NCBI GenBank assembly: GCA_001662655.1
Contig: KV460213.1
Reading direction: 5' to 3' (one strand)
Source of the DNA: Pseudogymnoascus verrucosus
Lineage: Eukaryota
DNA: 64,000 nucleotides
Position 1 is the first letter of the stretch. Every line of letters begins with the position of its first letter. Below are positions 11,491 to 23,963 of the stretch, in pieces. The position numbers were made by a program, and so were the translations under genes. Below the pieces are notes generated by a model. It had not been told where the DNA came from. It did no database searches and saw only the letters and a program-made list of their open reading frames with translations.

Positions 11491-13186
11491 TGTAGACAGC
11501 AAATGATAGTATACGGTAAGAGCGACCCTGTAGATATATACCTATGGTCATAACATGCCGACCAGGTGATGGGCACATCATCTTCAGCGAGCGGGGCTGT
11601 GCTACATTTGCCAGCCGCGCGGCTATCACGATGCGCCAGCGCTTATAAGATCTGTTCTCGGCTACAGATCCATAGGACCAAACACCGACACGAGCGTATA
11701 TTTATCTAGAATAGCATTCTCACGACCTCGGCTTGCTCCTCTGGCGCGCATCTCGCTTCCTCCAACCTTAAGTGAAGCGAGAAGTTGGATACGACGATTA
11801 GAGCTTTTAACACTACCTGCTGCTCGGTCACGGGAACTGCCCAGTGTCCGCTTAGTCATCAATGGGGCCGCAGAGTCGGTGGTCGGTGTCGTCCTTCCCG
11901 CCCGGCTTTGGACACTTCTCTAGACCCCGTCTACGCTCTGTTTGCTTGGCCTTCTCACCGTATCCTGGTGATCTTCTTAGTCGCGGTATATGCCATGACT
12001 CTTTCACCGTTTTCTTTTCTAGAACGGCCTTTTCTTACAAAGGCATCCTGCGGGATTTTTTACACGCCAAGATGTTGTTGTGTGGTTCAGTAATCCCACT
12101 TCGTGCACTCCAAACATTATACCCACCATCACTATTACTATTCTGTCACCGAGGCCATCCATCACCAACCCGCCGAACCCATCACCGAGGCACTCACTCA
12201 GTCACTTACTAGCTACCCCCACCACGGGAAGGCAGAAAAACCCACTATGGCTGGCAGTTAAACTACCATCGGATCATCGGAGTCTACCTTTCTTCTACTA
12301 TAGCCCCAGAACCATCCATCCACTCCCAATGCCGTCGGAGTATCAAAATTATCACGTGCCCCCTCCCCCCTAACAACCAGCGACCGAGCCGTAGTGGATG
12401 GATATGATCCCCACTACGGATCTTGGCAGGTGCGGTATCCGTTTACTACTGTACCATCCCATCACATCAGCCCTACATAAAGTGATATACATTGCATAAC
12501 CGGTAGTTATGCAATTAATGTGGGCAGCAGCGGGTAGCAGCCACCCATCATCACCTATATCCAGTTATCGGAGCGGGTGGTGGCGGGATCGACGTGGTCA
12601 TCAGAGCGAGTGGCAGGGTGGTGGTGGGTGGTGGTGGGTAGTGGCAGGGTGGTGATCGGGGATGATCGGGGTGATCTTTTTGGTAGTGGGTAGAAGGGGG
12701 GGTAAGGTAAGCGTATAGCGGGTTGACTGCCGGATGCGCGGGAGTTGTGTGGTGGTGGTGATGGGTTTTGTGGCTTGGGTTGATGGATGGCCGACTATAG
12801 GTGGTTATGTGCGAGGTGATTAGAGTGCCTAGAGTGCTTGTGTGCTTAGATGTGCATAGATAGTGGCTGCTTGATTGATGAGCTTGGTTGGTCTGGTCGT
12901 GTGTGTGCTGATTGATGGCAGGTGTAGTGTATTTTCATGGTTTACTACTACTAATCACTACTACTACTGCTTACATAGTTACAAAGTACACCGCATCCGT
13001 ACCCTTCCTTCTTCACTTTTGTGGCGAACAGACAGGACAAGGCAAGGCAAGGCAACAGTCTTCACAGTCGTTACAGCGCCAAGAGTGACGTATGATAAAG
13101 GGATTGAATTGTACTGGTTGGATCTTACGAGATGGGGGATTGGGCGTGTCTTACTAAGAATGGGATTGAGGGAATTGGCTGGCGAA

Positions 13187-13261
13187 ACTGACTGTATGTA
13201 CTTACCACGAAGGGAAAGACACTGTACTGACTGTATGTACTTACCGTGAAGGGAAATACAC
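13187..13261. repeat. 39-bp tandem duplication
   Basis: ACTGACTGTATGTACTTACCnnGAAGGGAAAnACAC at 13187 and 13226. Confidence 0.85.
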
Positions 13262-15729
13262 GGTTGATGATGAATAGACGGTGTAGGATGAGGTGAGATG
13301 GCTGGATGATGGATGGAGCTCTACTGTGCTGTGTGGTGCTGTGGGTGTGGTGTGTAACCCTTGCTCTCGCTCCCCTCGTCCATCCTCGTCCATTCCCTTG
13401 TCCGTCCCCGTGCCCTTGTCTGTTTGAAGGATAGTCCGTACGTACGAAGAGTGGCAGCCTTACGCCTCTGGAGTACTACTGCTCTACTGGAGTACCCTTC
13501 ACCCTTCACTCTTCACCTCTAGATTACTCCCACCGCTCCACTGGAGTACCCCTGCACGTCTACAACTGGTATCCAAACAGAAGATGGAAGGGAGGGGGGG
13601 GTCGTGTCTTACTTGGAGATTCTTCGACGGGTCGAGTCGCACACTTGAAGATTGAAGATACTGTACTGTACTGCAGATGTATAATCCAGCTAAGCAAGTG
13701 GCGTTGGGCGGCTCTTTTCGGATCCCGGAGTTTAGGTAGGGGAGGTCTAGAGGTGGGGAAAGCGAATGCGAAAGAGAATGCGAAAGAGAAGAGACGAAAC
13801 TTGGAAATCCCCCTCTCGGCGCCGTTGGTCTGGCTCGGCGCGCCATTGAGAAATCTTTGTAAAAACCTCTACAATAAGACAAAGACAATTAATTTGTAAC
13901 TGCCGCCGGCACTTTCGGCATACCACGGAGCAAAACAAACAAATAGAATGGCTCCAACTGTCCTGTCAAACCCAGCCGTTTTTAATGATCCACACGCTAG
14001 ATCCACACTTCACTTTCCTCATGATCTTCAATCTTCTCTGGTGCTCGGCCGACAAGAGTAGTAGCTCGGGATTCGGCCGCCTATACTGACCGGAGAGTCG
14101 AGAGTCGAGAGTCGAGGTAACTGACATGCAGAACTGCTGTATGGGTAGGGTATGGTTAGTGGTATGGTTAGTCGAGAACTGGTAGAGTAGGCTATGACGG
14201 GTGCAGGGGTGTAGTACTGTAGGATGGATAGTTAGGGTACTCTGACGACAAGGGTACGGACTAAACAGACAGGGGTGCAGGAACTTTCAATTCACCCGAC
14301 CTCCGTGTCCGTGTCGGCGCCGAGGGAGAGGAGTGGGGTTTTAGTTGTGTTAGTGGCTATTAATGATGCTAGCTAAGGATGATGGTGGATGGTGATTGGC
14401 TAGATCTCTGGTAAGGAAGTTAGTAATTGTTTATGAAAGAGATTATACTAGAATGTGCTGAGATGTGTAAGTGTGGAGGTCCAAGCTTGTCGTTCCCTTT
14501 GTGGTTTAGTGGGGGTTAGTAAAGTCAGTTAGCTGGTGACTATCCTGCTGCCCAGACTGTACCTTAATCCCCTTTTAGCATTAGAAGGATTGCCATGACA
14601 TGTGTGTTACTTTTTAGGTGCACTTTTTAGGGGAACTACTTCCATGTTTACCCATCATTACACACACGGCTGTTTCCATGGCGTATATCCACGTATCCAT
14701 CGTATCCATCGTATTAGCCATCGTATCCACGCCTGTAGCACTAGAAGGAGAAGAAGAATACTTTCATGACAGGATAACAAACTACTACTTCCAGGGAAAA
14801 CTAACAGACTTCAGTCCTCGTGCACATATCAGCCTTCTACCTATCCATTCTTTGCCTTCATACTCTCTTTACTAACTACTACTATCCCTGCTTACCACTT
14901 ACTTTCTCTACTACTGTCCCTTCTCTCTTCCAACTATTCCAGCCTTTCCAACTACTGCGGCTGAACACCTGAACACCTGAACACTACCCTCCCACCAATC
15001 GACACCACCACACACACATATACACGAAAAGTACGACGATCTGGTTACCTGGTCTACCCTCCTACTACCACCCTGTTACTACACCTCCACAACTCCCCTG
15101 CTACTCAACCAACCTCTCGGCGTAATCATCCATGCGCCCCTGCACCTCCTCCACCTCCTCCACCTCCATCTACACCTATTTCCATCCAACGCCCCTGCTC
15201 TAGAGCCGCCTTTCCCCTCAAAACACACTCAATTATACCTCGCACCTTCGATCCACTCAGATACCCCTTCCACCCTGACAAAGCCCGGTGGTCATCACCC
15301 TGCTGCTACCTGCTACCAGAAAAAACTGACCTCAGACCGCCGACTTCTACCGTCCGCCTTCCCGCCTCCGTCCCCCGAATCTGCATGGAGCCCTTACATA
15401 TACATAGCTATGTAGAGCGAGCTATATCCCTCGCTCTGTGACCCGACCGGCCGCCTACGCACGCACGCCTTCCTATTATATACGACCCAATTCCCGTTGC
15501 TGGGCTCTCTGAACGAACGAGACAATATCAACTTCAGTGTCTCACCTCGAACACATCTCCCTCCCTCCCTTCCAACCTTCCCTTGCATTGCCTCGAAGGA
15601 TAACCCCGCAAGGAAGGGGCGAACCAATCCACCACACACTCGAAAACAAAACAAAACCACCCCGCAGGAAGGGGCAACCCATACCAAAAACCCAAAAAAC
15701 ATAAACAAACCACACCCCAAAAAAGGGCA

Positions 15730-17610
15730 ATGAACCTTCTACACCCCGGAGCCGGCCTCCACGGCCACGAATACTCCAAGAACGCACCCAAATCCCGCTC
15801 CCCATCACCGCGAATCACACTACACCGCTCACCCTTCTCCGCCCCCACGAAGACCACCTCGCAGCTAGACACCACACCCAGCAGGCCATCCCTCCGCACG
15901 ACGACGACGGGACAGTTCTCACCCACCAAGCCCCGCGATACCCCCGACCGCGTCGCCTTCCTCGACCCGGACTTTGACGAGGTCATGAGCGATGATGGGC
16001 GGTCGTGTGGGTACTCTGATGGTAGTGCTGCGGCGCGGGGGAGGTCGAAGAGGAAGGGGAGGCATAGGAGCACGTCGTATTACCTCGCGCACCCAGCGCC
16101 GACGTTGACGCAGAAGCAGAGGTTGTTGCATATTAGGCCGAAGTTGTTGTTGCAATTACAGCAGCTCTCGGCGGATGCACGGCCGCGCCCGATGGTGGAT
16201 GTGATTTCCTCGTCGACATTCGTGCCGAGGCTGTCGAAGAAATTCCCAAACTTATACAGGGGATCGGGAGAGCTAAAGATAAACGACGTTATGATTGTGA
16301 GGAGCGATGACTATGATGCTCTCGACGAGGATAAGGAGGTTGAATCTGTTGTGGAGGAAGCGGCGCGGGATAGGGACGTGTTGGCTGTTATATGTCAAGT
16401 CCCCAAAGGCGACCTAGGAACAGTCGAAATCTGCCTCGAAGACGGCTCACGCTGGACCGCCGGCCCTTCATCAAAGGGTGTACTGGAGCTCGTCAAAACG
16501 GACCCCCTAACCGGCGAACGCACGATCGGCCGCTGGGTGCCGAGAGGGACATCGAGACGGAATTCCCTCCAGACGCCTGCGAGGGGAGCAGCAGCCGCGG
16601 GAGGCGCGGAGCCAAGGTACCAGTTTAGTTTTATCGATCCGAGTACACGCCGCCATCCCATCCTGGCGACGTTGACGCAGGGTACGCTCAAGATCTCGGA
16701 TACGTACAGTCCCGTCGCCAATTCGGAGGAGGAGCACCCGCCTGTGTCGTCGAGGACGTCGTTGGATGGCGGGGAGCAGGGGGATAGCGATTCGAACGTG
16801 ACTGTGAGTGTGGATCGCAAGGTTCTCACAGTGTATGAGGAGCAGCGTCTACTCATCGAGGTCTCGGCGGTTTGGGTGGCGCTGAAGCAGGGGTGGTGTC
16901 CGTCGTTTAAGTATGGGGATTACTGCTCTCCTACTTCGTCGGGGAAATTCGCGACACCGTCTTCGTCGTCTACACCGTCGTCTAAGGGGGAGAGGCCGCG
17001 CTCGTTTTCGCTCACGCCTAGTGGTGCGGCGAGACATAGACGGAGTAGGAGTAACACCGTCACTTCCATCCCTGAATCGGTGGATAGCTCTACCGGGACG
17101 ACGCGCTCGCGGCGCGGCGTGTTTGCGAGGGCGACATTCAGCGCGAGTACCTTCTCCGCCGCTCTGGCCGAGTCGGAGGCTGGGTCTGGGGCAGGGAATA
17201 AACGCAACTCGGCCCCGCCCTCGGCGTTTCAGCAGCAACAGTTCAAACCCCCCGAACGCTCGTTCTCGAATGGAGCGGCGTTTATGCAGAAGGCTGCTAA
17301 GAAGAAGGCGGGGAGGCCGGCGAGTTCGAGTGGGAGTGAGGGGGTGAGGACGCCGGGGAGGGGGTCGTCGTTGGATATGGTGGAAGGGGGGGTGCTGGGT
17401 CCGGGGCTTGGCGTTGTGGGGAGGGAGGTCCCGGTGAAGGAACGGAGGAGGCCGGTGTCGGAGGTTGTGGGGAGGAGTATGGCGAGGGAGGTGGGTGGGA
17501 AGAAGACGCCGCCGCCGCCACCGGTGGTGAAGAAGGAGAAGGAGAAGGAGAATCGGAGGTTTAGTTCGATTATTAAGTTTTTTAGGAGGGGGAAGGGGGG
17601 GAGGAGTTGA
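15730..17610 (+). CDS. Conserved fungal hypothetical protein (626 aa)
   Basis: Long intronless ORF with globular-looking blocks (LHIRPKLLLQLQQLS..RPRPMVDV; YQFSFIDPSTRRHPILATL) between Ser/Arg-rich disordered regions. Confidence 0.8.
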   Translation: MNLLHPGAGLHGHEYSKNAPKSRSPSPRITLHRSPFSAPTKTTSQLDTTPSRPSLRTTTTGQFSPTKPRDTPDRVAFLDPDFDEVMSDDGRSCGYSDGSAAARGRSKRKGRHRSTSYYLAHPAPTLTQKQRLLHIRPKLLLQLQQLSADARPRPMVDVISSSTFVPRLSKKFPNLYRGSGELKINDVMIVRSDDYDALDEDKEVESVVEEAARDRDVLAVICQVPKGDLGTVEICLEDGSRWTAGPSSKGVLELVKTDPLTGERTIGRWVPRGTSRRNSLQTPARGAAAAGGAEPRYQFSFIDPSTRRHPILATLTQGTLKISDTYSPVANSEEEHPPVSSRTSLDGGEQGDSDSNVTVSVDRKVLTVYEEQRLLIEVSAVWVALKQGWCPSFKYGDYCSPTSSGKFATPSSSSTPSSKGERPRSFSLTPSGAARHRRSRSNTVTSIPESVDSSTGTTRSRRGVFARATFSASTFSAALAESEAGSGAGNKRNSAPPSAFQQQQFKPPERSFSNGAAFMQKAAKKKAGRPASSSGSEGVRTPGRGSSLDMVEGGVLGPGLGVVGREVPVKERRRPVSEVVGRSMAREVGGKKTPPPPPVVKKEKEKENRRFSSIIKFFRRGKGGRS

Positions 17611-20600
17611 CGATGGTTCGACGAACACGCGATACGCGATACTTCAACAGCACGATGTTTTGTTCTTTTGTACTTTGTACTACTACTACCAACCACATTT
17701 CATTTTTTATTTGTCGACGCCGCTGAGGACGGCGAGGACGGCGAAACTTATCAACTTAGCGTCGCATACACAGGAGGGTATCAGCATAGCGAGGTGCGAG
17801 GGGGGTGGAAATCAGGCCTGTGGTGAGACTGGCGTACATACATGCATATGCTGCGTTTTTTTCTTTTTTGGAGTGTTTATGGGGAATTAGGATTGGGATA
17901 GGGGCGTTAATGGTGGTGGTTGGAAAGGGGGACGGGAGGTAATTGTACGAGTAGAGATTACACCACTTTTATATCGGAATTAAATCGGAATAGGATTTTT
18001 GAATGGGGAGTGATACTTCCCATTCCATCTCATCTTACTTTCCCGTGCCTTGCCTTGACTTGTCTTGCTAACATCTTCCCCTGTTATCTCACCCCCCCCA
18101 CCAAGATCGATGCCGTAGTGCCCACGCTGGTTCGGCCGGCCATGTAGAGAAAATTTGGTATTCCTGGGGGCGTACACGATTTATCTTGAGAGTGTGAACT
18201 GAACAGCGTTGTTATATATCTTGTTCTGGTCGATGGAATACTCGGGAAGCTCATGACGGACGGGCTGGGTGGGAACTCGGAGGGGGATATATCTTACCGC
18301 GGCGGAGATGGGGGTGTGCTTGTAATGGGGGTGGTTGGTGGGTGATTGGTGTTTTGTGAACTTGTTGTGGTGTTTTTAAGACTGTTAGGGGAGGTTTGGA
18401 TGGGGTTTGTTGAGAGCGGGAGGGGGGAAGGAGAAAAGAGACCAGAGCGGATTATACGAGGTATATCATCCCACTACTTTTTTTTCATATCAATCAGATC
18501 AGAATAGCTTTGAATGCGGAAAGAATATTCCTATATATACTTCCCTTTGTTCCCACCACGTTCTTTCTTACCTCAGCCACCTGCCAACACGGATGCCGCC
18601 CATCCATGTGCTCTCGCTCTTTCGCGTCGCGATAGGTTGGTATAAGGGAGTACTAGATATCACGTCCCCTGGTATTAGAGGAGATTGGGATCATTCCCAT
18701 TTTCTATGACGGACAACGTCGGCGGCCGACCGAGCTGCGAAACTGCGGAGATTTAAGTCTAGTGGTCATTAGAAAAGGGGACCTTCTGGGATGCAGGGAA
18801 AGGGGAGCGGTAGTGAGAAGAAGGTTTGTGGTGGTGAGAAAGGCCGCTGTGGCTAGATATGGTGGTGGTGGTGACGAGAAGCGTGATGGTGGTGAAAGGG
18901 GGCGAGAGGGAGACGTGGGGGGGGGGGAGACGTATGTAGCAATTCCATGGGACTAGAAACTCGGAATCGGATGTTGATGTATCGGAAAGCTTGATCCTGT
19001 GTCATTTATTACTTTTATGTGTGCTAGAGAGCGTATGTCGAGAAGGGGGTGGGAGGGGTGGTATATGTACGTGGTTGGCTTGAGGGGCAGGGAGCGAGGA
19101 GTATGCGGATGGGGATGGGATTTGGGGTTTGGATTTTGGGGAGTACTCGTGTTTTGGTTCCGGGAGTGCGTGTAATGAGAAGTAGCAGGGAGAGACGTGC
19201 ATGGATAAGGGCTCGTGACGGGGATAGTGCTGGGAGATAGGGGCGACGCTTCTTATATATTCCCCTTTCGAGCCTCGAATTAACCCTCATCCTCATTGGA
19301 ACCACCGATAGCATGGAAGGCATGGGGCTGTGTTCTTGTGAACTCAACTGTTTGCACGAGGGAGAGAGTATGGTGGAGGACGTGAAGGGGAGGGCGGTGC
19401 GTTTGATGAGAATTGGGAAGGGGGGTGGGTGACGAGAATGCGGCGGTGGTGAGAACTCGGCTGCGAGAAAGGGGGGTCGGGGTGACGAGAACAGAGTCAG
19501 CGGCGGCGGTGGTAATAGCGAGAGAGGCAGGGAGGAGGGCGTATGTGAGGAACTGCTCGAGACTGAAAAATAAGAATGGAGTGTGGTTAGAAATCTCTGA
19601 ATCTTTCCTAGTTTGGAGTGGCTGAAGATTTGAATTGGATTCATCGAGAGGGGGGTGGAATGGGGTGGGGGGGTATATGTGAAGTGGTTGGTGAGTTGAT
19701 GGGAGGGTTGGCGGATGGAGATGGAGATGGAGATGGGAATGGAGATTAGGGGGATATTCGAGGTTTGGTGTTCGAGGTGCTGTGATGAGAAGGGCCAGGG
19801 AACGAGGCTGGGAGGAGATGTGTGGTGATAGATTCACAAAGACGTAGCTAGGGGATATTCCCCACAAATCACCTCCCTCCCCCTCCCCACCCCTCAACAT
19901 CCTCACCCAAACCCCCCCCCGTTTCCCATTAGCACCACAAAACAGCATAAAATCCAACCGCCCCTCCTCCTGTGACCATTTTCGAATCACGCACAAAATG
20001 GGCCTTACCAACGATAGAGGGGCGGTCTCGGGAACTGAACTCGAGTGCGAGGGAGAGGGAGAGGGTACGACGGAGGATGTGAGGGGGAGGGAGGGGCGTT
20101 AGGGGGGGTGGCGGCGAGAAGGGCGGTGGTGGTGAGCAGGGGTGCTAACGGTGAGAGGCGTGGTGGTGAGAAAGGTAGTGACGGAATGGAGCGATGGTGA
20201 GAGGCAGGGCTCAGGGACTTATAGATCGTTGTCTTCACGGAGATGACGCACAATTCCTTACTTTTGGGCCAGCTTGTAAATCACAAACATTTGACGAATA
20301 TCTATTTTGATGTGTTTGTATTGTTCTCTAATTTTGCTAGTTGGTCGACGACGATATGGGTATCGCGAGTCAACGAGTGTGCATCTTGGTCGAGTCTTGT
20401 GTCGATGAGTAGTGGGTTGGCTGTGTTTTGATGTGTAGAAACTCGTAATGGGGTGTATGCTAGGGGAGGTTGGCTTGCTTGAGTTCTAGCGAAATTGATA
20501 ATCCGTAGATCGGATGTAGGGATGATGTGAGCGGGGATGGGATGAGGATGGGGTTTTGAGGAGTATTCGAGGTTTAGTGACTAGGTTTATGTGATAAGAA

Positions 20601-21304
20601 GCGGGTGGGGGATGGGGATAGGGAGGAGGAGGCTGCCATGGAATATTCACAGGGGGATAGCTGGGGATGTAGCCGACGCTTCGGATTTATTTCCCGTTCG
20701 AGACATATATATATCGAGCATCGAACGAACCCCCATCTTCATTGGCAACGACTCTGCTGCTTCCCACGAAAAGCACAAGCTGACCTATGATGGAGGATGC
20801 GAAATGGACGTTGAGGCGTTGATGGGGATACTGGGGTGAGAAGGCGGGGTGGTGTCGAGAATGAGGCGCCGGTGAGAAGCAGGCGGCAACAGCAGCATTC
20901 TCTCGAAAAACTCCTCGCCCCCCTCCCTCTCTGTAACCCTAGCAACCGCCGCTCGCGCAAGGGGCCACACGAACACCAGCTCCGGGATATCGTCGGGCCT
21001 TTCGATGAACAGGATTAGGGATGGATGGCGCGGAGGGGAGTAGAGGTGTATAACATAAACTTCACGGGTATATAAGGATTATCAGGAGATGGGGATTGGG
21101 ATGGGGATTAGGCGTAAAACATCATTGTCACATTAATATCAAAATACATCCATCCTCGATAAAATACCAGCGAGTACTCGAGAAGATAGCCAATTCATCA
21201 CACGTAAAATCTGGCCAAAGCCTACTTCATTGCTAGAGTTATGTAGAAACCACAATCCACAACCCCCCGACTTCGACTACCCCACCATCATGACGTAGGG
21301 ATGT

Positions 21305-23125
21305 CTAGTACTTCTATTCATTGTCAGCGATCGATCTCTCAAGAACGAAAAGGATAAAAATTCACAGGTGGTTTATGCGGAGCCTGCCCCTGTGGCGGAT
21401 ATCCCCCCTGGGCACCATACTGCTGCTGTCCATACTGGCCCTGTTGCTGCGGTGGCGGCGGGTATCCCTGCTGTCCACCCTGTGGCGCACCGTACTGACC
21501 CTGCTGCTGCCCATAAGGCGGCTGCTGGCCATACTGTCCCTGCCCCTGAGGAGGCTGCTGGCCGTACTGCCCCTGTCCCTGGGGAGGGTATGGAGGCTGC
21601 TGGCCATACTGGCCTGGAGGAGGAGCACCATACTGGCCTGGTGGAGGAGCGCCGTATTGGCCCTGTCCCTGAGGTGCGCCGTAGGGCGGCTGTCCGCCTG
21701 GGGGAGGGGCGCCGTACTGACCCTGGGGAGCGCCATATTGACCCTGTGGTGCTCCATATGCCTGCTGTCCGCCGGCTGGCCTGTTGGATTTCTCGTCCTT
21801 GGTATCGTAGCTTGAATCTATGGCACCAAGGAGGAGCTTGCACAGCCACAGGTCGGGGGTTAAATCGACCGGTGGGTTGGCGCGCGACATCTCATCCTGC
21901 TCAACCTCGAAGTTGGAGGTGGAGTCGATGAGCTCGCCGATTCCAGGCTCGTCGTCTAGCTTGCCGAGGAACTCGCGCGCCTTGAGATCGTTTCCGACCT
22001 GAGCGAACTGGTAGCTCACGGCGCCCTTACCGTAAGGCGAGCGGGCCAGCTCGCCAGATGTGTAGCGAATGGCGTCGAAGACGGCGGTGGAGGCTTCGCC
22101 GGCGGGCTGGCCATCGGTGATTGTGATGACGAGGATGGGCTTGCGGAGCTGGTTGGAGCGGACTTTTTGGATGACGAGCGGCTCGAGGACTTTGTTGCGG
22201 AGCTGGGTGCCCATGGGTGTGAGACCCTTGAATTGGACGCGGGAGATGAGCTGCTCAACTTCGGCTTCGTTGCGGATGTTGTTGCCTTGAATTTCGCTGT
22301 TCATGAAGCGGACTTCAATGCCGTCGGAGTCGAAGAGGGAGGCAGCGAAGGCGACTTTGGAGAGGATGAGCTTGAGATCTGAGATGCGCTCGCCATTTTC
22401 TTCGAATTGCATGGATCCACTGTCATCTGGGCGGTGTTAGAATAGCTACTTTGACTGTCTTTCGAGCATACATACCAACGTAAAGAATGATATCGAATAG
22501 AGCAAGCTTGACGATATCCTGCCCAACCTCGGGCTCAACCTTCCATGTCTGAACCAAGTGCTGCACTTTTCCAGGCGCACCCTGGCATATCTGATCGAGA
22601 GTGGCTGGGTTCGAGAAGAAGCTTTGGAGATTCTTCTCCTGGATTGTTGCTTGGAGAAGCCCGCGGTAGGCTTGCGGGTTTGTCTGTGCCTGGCGGACTG
22701 GTTTCTGTCCACCCTGTTGTGGGTAACCCTGCTGTGGAGGAGGAGCACCGTATGCTTGCTGTTGTCCGTATTGACCCTGTGGTGGACCCTGACCCTGGGG
22801 CGCCGCTCCTGGATAAGCTTGGTACGCTGGCGCACCTCCGCCGGGCTAAACAGTCAGCACTTGAAATAGCGGTTCGCACAGCGAGTATGCCTTACATATG
22901 GCGGCTGTCCACCCTGTGCAGGTCCCCCGGGATATGGAGGCTGTCCACCAGCTGGTCCTCCAGGATAAGGAGGCTGCCCGCCAGCTGGACCACCTGGGTA
23001 TGGGGGTTGAGGAGCTCCGTAGGCACCAGCAGCGCCTTGCGCCGCGGCCATTTTCGATGCGAGCTAGGGGTTCAGTTAGTTCGTAGCTGTGGGGTAAACT
23101 GAGTGCGATATCAACTTACACCCAT
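21305..23125 (-). CDS. RfeF-like vWA-domain protein with Q/G/P/Y-rich termini (multi-exon)
   Basis: Spliced start MG|LASKMAAAQ. vWA motifs DDSGSM(QFEENGERI), ITITDGQP and FAQVGND. GQYGAPP repeats; last micro-exon KY* ends at 21305. Confidence 0.85.
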
Positions 23126-23496
23126 TGTGCTGTTTAATCTCACCGTTGAAGAAACAAAGAGAAAATTAGGATGATGAAGAGGATGAAGATAACTTTTAAA
23201 GGAAAGAAATGTTTGATGTGAAGGAAGGAGAGCTGAAGTGTAAGCTGCGCGTACTTTAAGGTGTTGGTTGAAGTGGGGGTGGGGCGGTGCTGCGGGGCTG
23301 AGTTTGAGTGACGTCTTGGTGGAAGTTGATGTGCATGGTACAATGCTATGTTTGTTACTGGGCAAGAGCTTAACTCAATCATGGCAATTGAATGTCACGA
23401 TGCTACGCGATCTAATTATGATCTTCACTTATTCACTTTCTAAAGTTGAGATGGCCGCTATCACATAATGGAGGTTTATCTACTGCTTCGTAGTTA

Positions 23497-23703
23497 CCTT
23501 GCCGGCGCGATCCATCAAATTTTTAACGGTCCTGAGACGGTCCCAGAACCGTGTATAACCGTCTAGGTTGAAGCTTAGTCTTCAATTTAGGACAGTCTTA
23601 AGATTTGTATATACACTTAGACGGTGGCACAACTAGCTAATCTAGGTACGCGTCTTAGGGCTGACCTGGGACTCATATAATTACATGTGCTACGCCGGCA
23701 AGG
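23497..23703. mobile_element. MITE-like non-autonomous element (~207 bp)
   Basis: Terminal inverted repeat CCTTGCCGGCG / CGCCGGCAAGG with degenerate complementarity extending ~55 bp inward. Flanked by TAGTTA / TGGTTA, a candidate 6-bp target-site duplication. Confidence 0.6.
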
Positions 23704-23963
23704 TGGTTAGGGCGAATCATTCCACAGGTGGGAACGAATCTTACTTTGTTTAAGAGCTCAAAGTTTGTGCCAGCTGAACTGAGACTGAGATATTCGACGC
23801 TGTATATATAAAGTGTCTCAGATAATATAGCATTGAATCATACGTAGATACAGCTTACTAGATAGAGGTATATATAACCCCCCTTCTCCCCTCTCCCATC
23901 GCACCGTCAATCTCCCCGTTCCAATACCATCTTAAAGTCCATTCCAACCCCTATTCCGCTATA

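Noticed and set aside
17723..17746. CTGAGGA...GAAA hammerhead-like core
   Set aside because: Stem II cannot form and the flanking helices are absent.
18525..18533. ATATTCCTA (snR30 m1 motif)
   Set aside because: No m2 (AAACCAT) or ACA box at a suitable distance.
19281..19289. TAACCCTCA next to a hairpin as a telomerase template
   Set aside because: It mismatches UAACCCUAA in the alignment region and lies on the strand opposite the splice signals.
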